Below, one piece after another: positions 36,665-45,294 of a stretch of 64,000 nucleotides of DNA. The notes under the pieces were generated by a model. The model worked only from the letters and a program-made list of their open reading frames with translations. It did no database searches and was not told the origin of the DNA. Each line of letters begins with the position of its first letter. The first letter of the stretch is position 1. The position numbers were made by a program, and so were the translations under genes. Source of the stretch: Ilumatobacteraceae bacterium (GTDB lineage: Bacteria > Actinomycetota > Acidimicrobiia > Acidimicrobiales > Ilumatobacteraceae); NCBI GenBank assembly GCA_044359565.1, contig JBIKLX010000001.1:944-64943 (forward strand). Reading direction: 5' to 3'.

Positions 36665-37990
36665 ATGTCCGACCGCCCCTCCGGCTCGTCATCCGCCCGG
36701 GCGCGGGTCCTCGATCCCGATGCTCCGCTGCGCATCGCCTACCTCACCTACCGCGGCAAACCCCATGTCGGCGGCCAGGGTGTGTACACCCGGCATCTCA
36801 CCAAGGCGCTCGCCGATCTCGGCCACGAGGTGGAGGTGTACGGCGGTCAGCCGTACCCGGTGCTCGACCCACGCATCACGATGCACCAGCTGCCCAGCCT
36901 CGACCTGTGGAACGACTACTACCCGGGCCGCATGCCGGCCTACTGGGAGCTGAAGTCGAAAGCCGACTGGGTAGAGACCCTGCAACACGTAAAGGGCACC
37001 TTCGGCGAGCCGCGGGCGTTCAGCATCCGTGCCCGCGAGCAGCTCAAGCGGCGCACCCGCGACTTCGACCTGGTGCACGACAACCAATGCCTCGGGTACG
37101 GCATCCTCGACATCGAGAAGCTCATCCCCACCATCGTCACGCTGCACCACCCCATCACCCGCGACCGGGCACTCGAGATGGAGCACACCAAGAAGCGCCG
37201 CAAGCGCCGCAGCATCGGCCGCTGGTACTCGTTCGTCAACATGCAGGGCAAGGTGGCCAGCCAGATGCCGCGCATCGTGGTGGTCAGCGAGAACAGCATC
37301 AAAGACATCCACGCCGATATGAAGGTCAGCCTCGACCGGATGCGCCTCGTGCCGGTCGGCGTCGACCCACAGCTGTTCACACCGCTCCCGAACATCGCTC
37401 GTACCCCCGGCCGACTCATCACCACCGCGTCGGCCGATGTGGCGCTGAAGGGCCTCAGCTACCTGCTCGAGGCGATGGCCAAGCTGCGCACCGAGCGCGA
37501 CGTCACGCTCACCATCATCGGCAAGCCCAAGGCCGGCGCCAGCGCCGACCTCATCGACCAGCTCGGTCTGCGACCACACATCCAGTTCGTGTCGGGTGTG
37601 CCCGACGAGCGCATCGTCGAGCTGTACGCCGAGGCCGAACTGGCCGTGGTGCCCAGCCTGTACGAGGGATTCAGCCTGCCCGCCATCGAGGCGATGAGCA
37701 CCGGCATCTGCCTGGTGGCCACCGACGGCGGCGCCCTGCCCGAGGTAACCGGCACCGACGGCGACACCGTGCTGCAGTGCAAGGCGGGCGACGCCGACGC
37801 ACTGGCCGCAGCGCTGCGCCGCGGTCTCGACGACGCCGACCTGCGGGCCCGTGTGGGTGAGGCCGGACGCCAACGCGTGGTCGAGCGGTGGAGCTGGCGG
37901 CACTGCGCCCAGTTGACGGTCGACCAGTACCGCGAGGTGCTGGCGATGCCGCACAACATCGACAAGCTCCGCCGCAACGGCAGGATCTGA
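36665..37990 (+). CDS. Family-4 (GT-B fold) glycosyltransferase
   Basis: The sequence reads RIAYLTYRGKPHVGGQGVYTRHL. The E-x7-E region is EGFSLPAIEAMSTG. Confidence 0.9.
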   Translation: MSDRPSGSSSARARVLDPDAPLRIAYLTYRGKPHVGGQGVYTRHLTKALADLGHEVEVYGGQPYPVLDPRITMHQLPSLDLWNDYYPGRMPAYWELKSKADWVETLQHVKGTFGEPRAFSIRAREQLKRRTRDFDLVHDNQCLGYGILDIEKLIPTIVTLHHPITRDRALEMEHTKKRRKRRSIGRWYSFVNMQGKVASQMPRIVVVSENSIKDIHADMKVSLDRMRLVPVGVDPQLFTPLPNIARTPGRLITTASADVALKGLSYLLEAMAKLRTERDVTLTIIGKPKAGASADLIDQLGLRPHIQFVSGVPDERIVELYAEAELAVVPSLYEGFSLPAIEAMSTGICLVATDGGALPEVTGTDGDTVLQCKAGDADALAAALRRGLDDADLRARVGEAGRQRVVERWSWRHCAQLTVDQYREVLAMPHNIDKLRRNGRI

Positions 37991-37993
37991 GGC

Positions 37994-38710
37994 GTGCTCA
38001 CCATCCGTTTCGACCGGCTGGGCGTGCGCCCTGGCGACCTGGTGCTCGATGCAGGCGCCGGCTTCGGACGTCATGCGTTCGAGTTGGCGCGCCTCGGGGC
38101 CGAGGTCGTGGCGCTCGACTACGCGGCCGACGAGGTGGTGGCCACCCGCGGCACGTTCGGGGCGATGGTCGAGGCAGGCGAGATCCCCGTCGAGCGCTAC
38201 GTGGGCGTGATGCGCGGCGACGCCACCCGGCTCGCCTTCGCCGACAACTCCTTCGACCGGGTCATCACCAGCGAGGTGCTCGAGCACATCCAGGCCGATG
38301 TCGACGCCATCGCCGAGTTCGTACGGGTGCTGAAGCCCGGCGGCACGTTCGCCGCCACGGTGCCGACGTGGTATCCGGAGAAGATCAACTGGATGCTCAG
38401 CGACGAGTACCACGCGCCCAAGAGCGTGGGTGGCCACGTACGCATCTACACGGCCACCGAACTGAAGGCGAAGCTGCGCAGTGCCGGCCTCACCGTCACC
38501 GGGTCGCATCACGCCCACGCGCTCCACTCGCCCTACTGGTGGCTGAAGTGCGCGGTGGGCCCGCGCCGCAACGATGTACGCGCGGTGAACGCCTACCAGC
38601 GCTTGCTCGAGTGGGAGATCATGAATCGCCCCCGATCGATGGCGCTGCTCGAGCGTGGGCTCGCCCCGGTGCTCGGCAAGAGCTTCATCGTCTACGGAGT
38701 GAAGCGTTGA
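37994..38710 (+). CDS. Class I SAM-dependent methyltransferase
   Basis: The GTG start lies 4 nt after the GT4 stop. Motif I is VLDAGAGFGRH, and LKPGG is present. Confidence 0.88.
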   Translation: MLTIRFDRLGVRPGDLVLDAGAGFGRHAFELARLGAEVVALDYAADEVVATRGTFGAMVEAGEIPVERYVGVMRGDATRLAFADNSFDRVITSEVLEHIQADVDAIAEFVRVLKPGGTFAATVPTWYPEKINWMLSDEYHAPKSVGGHVRIYTATELKAKLRSAGLTVTGSHHAHALHSPYWWLKCAVGPRRNDVRAVNAYQRLLEWEIMNRPRSMALLERGLAPVLGKSFIVYGVKR

Positions 38711-39753
38711 GCCGGCGTGCCCAGGTGGCGGTGCCCGATATCGCCGGGGTGCTCAGCGCCGACGAGGTCGTCGAGAGCGCCGAGTGGATCGCCGGGTTGC
38801 AGGTGCCATCGGGCATGATCCCGTGGTGGCCGGGCGGTCACTGCGACCCGTGGAACCACGTCGAGACCGCTATGGCGCTCGATGTGGCCGGCTTCCATGT
38901 CGAGGCCGAGCGGGCCTACGACTGGTTGGCCGACATGCAACGCGACGACGGCAGTTGGTGGAACTACTACCTGCCCGACGGTTCGGTGGAAGAGGCCAAG
39001 CTCGACACCAACGTGTGTGCCTATGTGGCCACCGGCGTGTGGCACCACTGGCTGTGCACCCGCGACCGGGCGTTCGTCGACCATCTCTGGCCGGTGGTCG
39101 AGCGGGCGATCGACTGGGTGCTCGGCATGCGCCGACCCGACGGCACCGTGCTGTGGGCCTGCACCGAGTTCGAGCGGCCGTGGGACTACGCCCTGCTCAC
39201 CGGCTCGGCCAGTATCGCCCACGCACTCGAGTGCGCCGTGCAGTTGGCCGATCTCGCCCTGGCGCCTCGGCCCGACTGGGCCGACGCAGCCGATGTGCTC
39301 ACCCTCGCCGTCACCGATCGGCCCGGGGCGTTCGAGCCCAAGCAGCGGTGGGCGATGGACTGGTACTACCCGGTGCTCACCGGCGCGCTCAGCGGCGAGG
39401 CCGCCACGGCGCACCTGGCCGAACGCTGGGACGAGTTCGTGATGGACGGCCGCGGGGTGCGCTGCGTGAACGACGAGCCGTGGATCACGGCATCGGAGAC
39501 GGCCGAATGCGCCATCGCCCATGCAGCCATCGGCAACCTGTCCACCGCTACCGACCTGCTCGCCTGGACCCGGTCACACCGCCTGCCGAGCGGCGCCTAC
39601 TGGACCGGCATCGTGTACCCCACGATGGAGCGCTTTCCGTTCGACGAGACCAGTGCCTACACCGCGGCGGCCGTCATCCTGGCCGCCGACGCCATCACCC
39701 ACGCATCGCCGGCTGGGCATCTGTTCGCGCCTCGCGCTGCCCGGCACGGGTGA
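38707..39753 (+). CDS. Prenyltransferase/squalene-oxidase-repeat-like (alpha/alpha-toroid) protein
   Basis: The sequence is rich in Trp/Asp repeats (QRDDGSWWNY, RRPDGTVLW, LPSGAYWTG). The TTG at 38707 forms a TTGA overlap with the methyltransferase stop. The GTG at 38725 is an alternative start. Confidence 0.68.
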   Translation: MSRRAQVAVPDIAGVLSADEVVESAEWIAGLQVPSGMIPWWPGGHCDPWNHVETAMALDVAGFHVEAERAYDWLADMQRDDGSWWNYYLPDGSVEEAKLDTNVCAYVATGVWHHWLCTRDRAFVDHLWPVVERAIDWVLGMRRPDGTVLWACTEFERPWDYALLTGSASIAHALECAVQLADLALAPRPDWADAADVLTLAVTDRPGAFEPKQRWAMDWYYPVLTGALSGEAATAHLAERWDEFVMDGRGVRCVNDEPWITASETAECAIAHAAIGNLSTATDLLAWTRSHRLPSGAYWTGIVYPTMERFPFDETSAYTAAAVILAADAITHASPAGHLFAPRAARHG

Positions 39754-41224
39754 ACTGCATCACGCCGTCGTCGAGCGGCGACTTGCGGAACATCGTCTTG
39801 TCGCGGCCGTAGTCCTGTGGGTTGATCCACGGCTCGCGGTCGCCCTGCTTCGGGAAGCGATGCATCTCGCGCTGCATGTAGCCGGCCGAGAAGTCACCGA
39901 TCCACGGGCGGGCGGGCATCGAGCGATCGCCCGAGCGCAGGCGCGGCGTGCACTGCTGGGTACCGGTGGCGCGCAGGTGGTTCAGCAGGCGGCAGACGTA
40001 CTCGCAGGTGAGGTCGGCACGCAGCGTCCACGACGCGTTGATGTACCCGAACGAACTCGCCAGGTTGGGCACGTCGCTGTAGGCGAACCCCTTGTAGGTC
40101 CATGTGTCGGCGAAGTCGACCGCCGCGCCGTCGACGCCGAACTGCACCTCGCCGAGGGTGACCATCTGCAGGCCGGTGGCGGTGACGATGATGTCGGCGT
40201 CGAGGTGTTCGCCCGACTCGAGCTCGATACCGGTCTCGTCGAACGTACGGATGTGGTCGGTCACCACCGAGGCGGTGCCCGCCGAGATGGACTTGAACAG
40301 GTCGCCGTTGGGCACCAGGCACAGTCGCTGGTCCCACGGGTTGTAGCTGGGTGTGAAGTGCTTGTCGACGTCGAACCCGGCTGGCAGTTCCTTGCGGGCC
40401 TTGTCGATCAGGTACTGCTTCACCTTCTCGGGCTTGGTGCGGGTGCGGCGGTAGATGAGTTGTTGCATCCGCACGTTCTTCGCGCGGGTGACCGCGTACG
40501 CGGTGCGATCGGGCAGCACCTTGCGCAGCAGGTGGTTCACCTTGTCGACGTCGGGGCCGCTGGCCACGTACGTGGGTGAGCGCTGCAGCATCGTGACGTG
40601 CGCTGCGGTGCGGGCCATGGCGGGCACGAGGGTCATCGCCGTCGCTCCGGAACCGATCACCACCACACGCTTGCCTGCGTAGTCGAGGTCGTCGGGCCAC
40701 TCCTGCGGGTGCACGATCTGGCCCTGGAAGCGGTCGCGGCCGGGGAACTCGGGGGTGAAGCCGCCCTTGTACGAGTAGTAGCCCGAGCACATGAACAGGT
40801 AGCCGCAGGTGAACACGACGGTGTCGCCGGTGTCGGCCCGCTGCACGGTGACGGTCCAGCGCGCGTCGTCGGTGCTCCACTCGGCGGTGCGCACGAGATG
40901 CTGGAAGCGGATGTGCCGGTCGATGCCGAACTCGGCCACGGTCTCGCGCAGGTACTCCATGATCGAGGGGCCGTCGGCGATCGACTTGTCGGCCTTCCAC
41001 GGCTTGAACGAGTAGCCGAGCGTGTGCATGTCGCTGTCGGATCGCACCCCGGGGTATCGGAACAGGTCCCAGGTGCCGCCGATGTCGGCGCGCCCTTCGA
41101 GGATGAGGTAGCGCCGGTCGGGGCACAGCGTCTGCAGGTGATACCCGGCGCCGATACCGGAGATACCGGCACCGACCACGATCACATCGAAGTGCTCTGC
41201 GGGGTGTTCTGCGGAGGGTTCCAT
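39695..41224 (-). CDS. Type I Baeyer-Villiger flavin monooxygenase, EthA-like
   Basis: I trimmed the start to the ATG at 41224 (MEPSAEHP). Motifs are VVGAGISGIGAG, GGTWDLFRYPGVRSDS, the BVMO fingerprint FQGQIVHPQEWP, and VIGSGATA. The sequence appears collinear with M. tuberculosis EthA as I recall that sequence. Confidence 0.92.
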   Translation of the reverse strand: MEPSAEHPAEHFDVIVVGAGISGIGAGYHLQTLCPDRRYLILEGRADIGGTWDLFRYPGVRSDSDMHTLGYSFKPWKADKSIADGPSIMEYLRETVAEFGIDRHIRFQHLVRTAEWSTDDARWTVTVQRADTGDTVVFTCGYLFMCSGYYSYKGGFTPEFPGRDRFQGQIVHPQEWPDDLDYAGKRVVVIGSGATAMTLVPAMARTAAHVTMLQRSPTYVASGPDVDKVNHLLRKVLPDRTAYAVTRAKNVRMQQLIYRRTRTKPEKVKQYLIDKARKELPAGFDVDKHFTPSYNPWDQRLCLVPNGDLFKSISAGTASVVTDHIRTFDETGIELESGEHLDADIIVTATGLQMVTLGEVQFGVDGAAVDFADTWTYKGFAYSDVPNLASSFGYINASWTLRADLTCEYVCRLLNHLRATGTQQCTPRLRSGDRSMPARPWIGDFSAGYMQREMHRFPKQGDREPWINPQDYGRDKTMFRKSPLDDGVMQFTRAGQREARTDAQPAMRG

Positions 41225-41263
41225 GGCCTCGCACCGTAGCCGTGCCGCCCGCCCTCCATCCCA

Positions 41264-41373
41264 GCGCGTGTCGAGTCCGGGCCCGCCACCGGCCGCAACT
41301 CGACACGCACCAACCCTCCACCCCGGCGCGTGTCGAGTCCGGGCCCGCCACCGGCCGCAACTCGACACGCACC
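41264..41373. repeat. Two tandem copies (period 62 bp) of a 48-bp element containing a 10-11 bp inverted repeat. They lie in the divergent BVMO/ALDH promoter region.
   Basis: Copy 1 is 41264-41311 and copy 2 is 41326-41373. They are identical: gcGCGTGTCGAGTccgggcccgccaccggccgcaACTCGACACGCacc. Confidence 0.8.
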
Positions 41374-41392
41374 GGGCTGGCATCATGGCCGC

Positions 41393-42907
41393 ATGTCCTT
41401 GCCCACCACCGCCCACCTCCGCTCGCTCGCCGACGCCGCGCTCGTCGCGTGCGGCGCGGCGCCCCTCGGCACAGGGCCGCTCACGGCCCGCACACCCATC
41501 ACCGGAACGACGCTCGGTGGTGTGTCGGCAGCGGTCGAGGTCGATCTGGCCATCGAGCGAGCCGACGCCGCGTTCCGCACATGGCGAACCGTGCCGGGGC
41601 CGGTGCGCGGCGAACTGGTGCGTCGCTTCGGCGAGGAACTGCGGCGGCACAAGGACGACCTGGCCACCCTGGTGCAGCTCGAGGCGGGCAAGATCCGCAG
41701 CGAGGCGCTGGGTGAGGTGCAGGAGATGATCGACATCTGCGACTTCGCCGTCGGCCTGAGCCGCCAGTTGCACGGACTCACCATCGCCAGCGAGCGGCCC
41801 GACCACCGGCTGATGGAGCAGTGGCACCCCTACGGCCCGGTGGCCGTCATCACCGCGTTCAACTTCCCCGTCGCCGTGTGGAGTTGGAATGCGGCACTGG
41901 CCGTGGTGTGCGGCAACAGCGTGATCTGGAAGCCGAGCGACCTCACCCCGCTCACCGCGCTCGCCACTCAGGCGATGTTCGACCGGGCAGCCGCGTCGAT
42001 GGACGCCCCCGCTCATCTGGCGCAGGTGGTGTTGGGCGATGCGTCGGTGGGCGCGGCGCTGGCCGCCAGCCACCACGTGCCGCTCGTCAGCGCCACCGGC
42101 TCCACGGCGATGGGCGCCAAGGTGGCCCCGGTGGTGGCCGCCCGCTTCGGCCGCGCCATCCTCGAACTCGGTGGCAACAACGCAGCCATCGTGGCCCCGT
42201 CGGCATCGCTCGACCTGGCGGTGCGCGGCATCACGTTCGCCGCTGCGGGCACTGCCGGGCAGCGCTGCACCACACTGCGCCGCCTCATCGTGCACCGCAG
42301 CCTCCACGACGAACTGGTGGGTCGCCTCGGTACCGCCTTCGGTTCGCTCCCGGTGGGCAGTCCGCTCGAGGCGAGCACCCTGGTGGGGCCGCTCGTCACC
42401 ACCGCCGCGTACCAGCGCATGGCCGATGCACTCGCCACGGCACAGGCCGACGGCGGCGCGGTGCTGGTGGGCGGCGAGCGCTTGCTGGCCGATGCGGCAC
42501 CCGAGGCGGCCTACACCCGGCCCGCCGTGGTCGCCATGCCCGCGCAGACCGAGATCGTCCGCACCGAGACGTTCGCTCCCGTGCTGTATGTGCTCGGCTA
42601 CGACGACTTCGACGAGGCGGTCGCCCTGCAGAACGGGGTTCCCCAGGGCCTGGCCAGCAGCATCTTCACCAACGATCTGCGCGAGGCCGAGCGCTTCCTC
42701 GCCGCCGACGGCAGCGATTGTGGCATCGCCAACGTCAACATCGGCCCCAGTGGCGCCGAGATCGGCGGGGCCTTCGGTGGCGAGAAGTCGACCGGTGGCG
42801 GCCGCGAGAGCGGCAGCGACGCCTGGAAGGCCTACATGCGCCGGGCCACCAACACGATCAACTACGGCACCTCCCTCCCCCTCGCCCAAGGCGTCGAGTT
42901 CGGCTGA
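41393..42907 (+). CDS. pcd: Aldehyde dehydrogenase of the ALDH7 / piperideine-6-carboxylate (alpha-aminoadipic semialdehyde) dehydrogenase type
   Basis: I trimmed the start to the ATG at 41393. Motifs are ERPDHRLMEQWHPYGPVAVITAFNFPVAVWSWN, ELGGNNA and the catalytic Cys in GQRCTTLRR. Confidence 0.88.
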   Translation: MSLPTTAHLRSLADAALVACGAAPLGTGPLTARTPITGTTLGGVSAAVEVDLAIERADAAFRTWRTVPGPVRGELVRRFGEELRRHKDDLATLVQLEAGKIRSEALGEVQEMIDICDFAVGLSRQLHGLTIASERPDHRLMEQWHPYGPVAVITAFNFPVAVWSWNAALAVVCGNSVIWKPSDLTPLTALATQAMFDRAAASMDAPAHLAQVVLGDASVGAALAASHHVPLVSATGSTAMGAKVAPVVAARFGRAILELGGNNAAIVAPSASLDLAVRGITFAAAGTAGQRCTTLRRLIVHRSLHDELVGRLGTAFGSLPVGSPLEASTLVGPLVTTAAYQRMADALATAQADGGAVLVGGERLLADAAPEAAYTRPAVVAMPAQTEIVRTETFAPVLYVLGYDDFDEAVALQNGVPQGLASSIFTNDLREAERFLAADGSDCGIANVNIGPSGAEIGGAFGGEKSTGGGRESGSDAWKAYMRRATNTINYGTSLPLAQGVEFG

Positions 42908-43054
42908 CCCCCGGCTTCGTGCGCCCCGCCACCCACCGGCCCGGTCTACGCGCACGGATCTCTGGGCTTCGTGCGTCGAGCCCGGCGCCACACCGGTCCA
43001 CGCTCACGGACGGCTCACGGACGGGCGGGCCGGAGGGGCGTCGAGTTCGGCTGA
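42890..43054. repeat. An 18-bp perfect direct repeat that includes the ALDH stop codon. The two copies flank a 129-bp spacer that itself holds two imperfect units of about 50 bp.
   Basis: ggcgtcgagttcggctga occurs at 42890-42907 and again at 43037-43054. The internal units start with ggcttcgtgcg at 42913 and 42965. Confidence 0.75.
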
Positions 43055-43058
43055 TCGC

Positions 43059-43712
43059 TCAGTCGACGCGGCGGAGGATGCGCAGGCTGCCCGTGGCGCT
43101 CTCGAGGCGGAATCGGCCGCTCTGCAGCGCGGGCAGGAAGATTTGCTCGTAGGGCGGGCGGCCGCCATCGGCCGGGTCGGGGAACACATCGTGGATGGCG
43201 AGGATGCCCCCCATCGTGATGTGCGGTGTCCAGCCCTCGTAGTCGAGCCGGGCCGGCATCTCGCCGTGGCCACCGTCGATGAAGCAGAACGACAGCGGCG
43301 TGGTCCAGTGCCGGGCGACGGTGGGCGACTGGCCCACCACCGCGATCACCTCGTCCTCGAGGCCCGCTTCGTAGACGGTGAAGCGGAACACGGGCAGCGT
43401 GTCCATCCGCCCGAGCCGCGGGTCGACCAGCGATGTGTCGTGGTGCTCCCATCCGGCCTGGTTCTCTTCGCTACCGCGGTGGTGGTCGACAGCGAACACC
43501 ACGGTGCGGCACTGGCGCGCCGCGGCCCCCAGCCACACCGTCGAACGGCCGCAGTAGGAACCGACCTCCAGGAAGGGAAGCCCGGGCAGCAACGTTCCGG
43601 CCGCCAACGCAGCGTCGTAGAGCGCGTCGCCCTCGTCGGGCGGCATGAACCCCCTGGCGGAAACCGCCTGGGCGCGCAGGAACGGGTCGATGCCGGGATG
43701 ACCGGCGGTCAC
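43059..43712 (-). CDS. Class I SAM-dependent methyltransferase (Methyltransf_24 / O-methyltransferase-like)
   Basis: The GTG at 43712 forms a GTGA overlap with the nitroreductase stop. Motifs FLEVGSYCGRSTVWL and CFIDGGH are present. Confidence 0.78.
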   Translation of the reverse strand: MTAGHPGIDPFLRAQAVSARGFMPPDEGDALYDAALAAGTLLPGLPFLEVGSYCGRSTVWLGAAARQCRTVVFAVDHHRGSEENQAGWEHHDTSLVDPRLGRMDTLPVFRFTVYEAGLEDEVIAVVGQSPTVARHWTTPLSFCFIDGGHGEMPARLDYEGWTPHITMGGILAIHDVFPDPADGGRPPYEQIFLPALQSGRFRLESATGSLRILRRVD

Positions 43713-44365
43713 CAGCCGTCCCAGTGGATGATCGTGTCGGCCGGCGGGCGCACGGCCGGCTTGAAGTCGGTGCCCTTGGTGTAGGCGAGCGGGCTCATGC
43801 AGATCTGCTGCACCTGGTCGAACGGGATGCCCAGCACATCGGCGGCGGCCTGCTCCATCATCAGGTGCACCGTGGTCCAGCAGGTGCCGAGGCCGCGGGC
43901 GCGCGCAGCGAGCATGAAACTCCACATCGCCGGCATCACGTTGGCACCGATGGAGGCGCTCATCATCGCGGGCGCGTTGTCGATGCGGCCGAAGGTGCAG
44001 GGGATGACGATGGCCGGTGCGTCGCCCATGTGCTCGCCGAGGAAGTCGGCCGAGTCGGCGCTGCGCTGCTGCTGGGCGTTGGCATCGGCTTCGCCCTTGT
44101 CGATCGAGCGGATGTAGATGCCGTCCATCGACGAGTAGATGCCGTAGCACTGGCGGTAGATCTCGCCGAGTGCCTTGCGCTTGGCCTCGTCGCGCACGAT
44201 GACGAACTGCATCGTCATGTTGTTCGAGCCGCTGGGCGACTGCATCGCCATGTCGACGCATTCGCGGATGACCTGATCCTCGACCGGGCGGTCGAAGTCG
44301 AGCCGTTTGCGCACGGCGCGGGTGGTGGACAGCAGATCGTCGGGTGACAGCGGGAGCAGGGCCAT
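43709..44365 (-). CDS. Nitroreductase family protein
   Basis: The sequence reads LLSTTRAVRKRLDFDRPVEDQVIRECVDMAMQSPSGSNNMTMQFVIV. The 218-aa length is typical. Confidence 0.85.
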   Translation of the reverse strand: MALLPLSPDDLLSTTRAVRKRLDFDRPVEDQVIRECVDMAMQSPSGSNNMTMQFVIVRDEAKRKALGEIYRQCYGIYSSMDGIYIRSIDKGEADANAQQQRSADSADFLGEHMGDAPAIVIPCTFGRIDNAPAMMSASIGANVMPAMWSFMLAARARGLGTCWTTVHLMMEQAAADVLGIPFDQVQQICMSPLAYTKGTDFKPAVRPPADTIIHWDGW

Positions 44366-44433
44366 GGGCCGAAACCCTACTGCTGACGCAATCGACCGTG
44401 CGCATGGTGCTCGCCGGATGCGAGACTGCAGCC

Positions 44434-45294
44434 ATGCAGAGCGCGCTCGACGACCTGATGGCCCTGCTCGACCTCGAGGTGATCGAGGTGAACCTGTTCC
44501 GCGGGCGCTCGCCCGACGAGAACCGCCAGCGGGTGTTCGGTGGCCAGGTAGCGGGCCAGGCGCTGGTGGCCGCCACCCGCACCGTCGAGAGCGACCGGCT
44601 GGTGCATTCGCTGCACGCCTACTTCCTGCGGCCCGGCGACCCGACCACGCCCATCTTGTACGAGGTCGACCGCATCCGCGACGGCAAGAGCTTCACCACC
44701 CGACGCGTGGTGGCCATCCAGCACGGCAAGGCGATCTTCAACCTGCAGGCCAGTTTCCACGTCGCCGAGGTGGGCCCCGACCACCAGATGTCGATGCCCG
44801 ACGATGTCCCGCCGCCCGACAGCCTGCCCGACTTCAAGACCCGCATGGCCCCCTACAAAGAGCAGATGGGCGATTGGTACGACCGCCCACGGCCGATCGA
44901 CTTGCGTCATGTCGACGGCGATCCGTTCAGCCGGCGGGGCAAGCCCTCGACCAACCAGAAGGTGTGGATGCGCGCCGACGGCGTCTTGCCCGACGACCCC
45001 ACCCTGCACGCCTGCATCGTCACCTATGCCAGCGACATGTCGCTGCTCGACACCACCGTGATGCCGTTCGGCATGAGCTGGGACACCCCTGGCATGCAGA
45101 TGGCGAGCCTCGACCACGCGATGTGGTTCCACCGCCCGTTCCGCGCCGACGATTGGCTGTTGTACGACCAGAGCGCCATCTCCACCGGCAGCGCCCGCGG
45201 GTTGGCAGGTGGCGCCATCTTCACGATCGACGGCACACTCGCCGTCACGGTGGTGCAAGAGGGCCTCGTGCGGGTCGGCCAGGGCCGCGCGTGA
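44434..45294 (+). CDS. tesB: Acyl-CoA thioesterase II (double hot-dog fold)
   Basis: Motifs FRGRSPDENRQRVFGGQVAGQAL, HSLHAYFLRPGD and DGKSFTTRRVVAIQHG are present. The chosen start is the ATG at 44434; 44404 is an alternative. Confidence 0.86.
   Translation: MQSALDDLMALLDLEVIEVNLFRGRSPDENRQRVFGGQVAGQALVAATRTVESDRLVHSLHAYFLRPGDPTTPILYEVDRIRDGKSFTTRRVVAIQHGKAIFNLQASFHVAEVGPDHQMSMPDDVPPPDSLPDFKTRMAPYKEQMGDWYDRPRPIDLRHVDGDPFSRRGKPSTNQKVWMRADGVLPDDPTLHACIVTYASDMSLLDTTVMPFGMSWDTPGMQMASLDHAMWFHRPFRADDWLLYDQSAISTGSARGLAGGAIFTIDGTLAVTVVQEGLVRVGQGRA

Noticed and set aside
36689-38527. A 612-aa minus-strand ORF antisense to the GT4 and methyltransferase genes.
   Set aside because: It has no motifs and a biased composition. 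Both sense-strand genes have clear family signatures and tight coupling.
41264-41373. The tandem repeats here and at 1048-1152 and 42890-43054 as a CRISPR array or mobile element.
   Set aside because: Each locus has only two copies. There are no unique spacers of regular length, no cas genes, and no transposase, integrase or terminal inverted repeats anywhere in the window.
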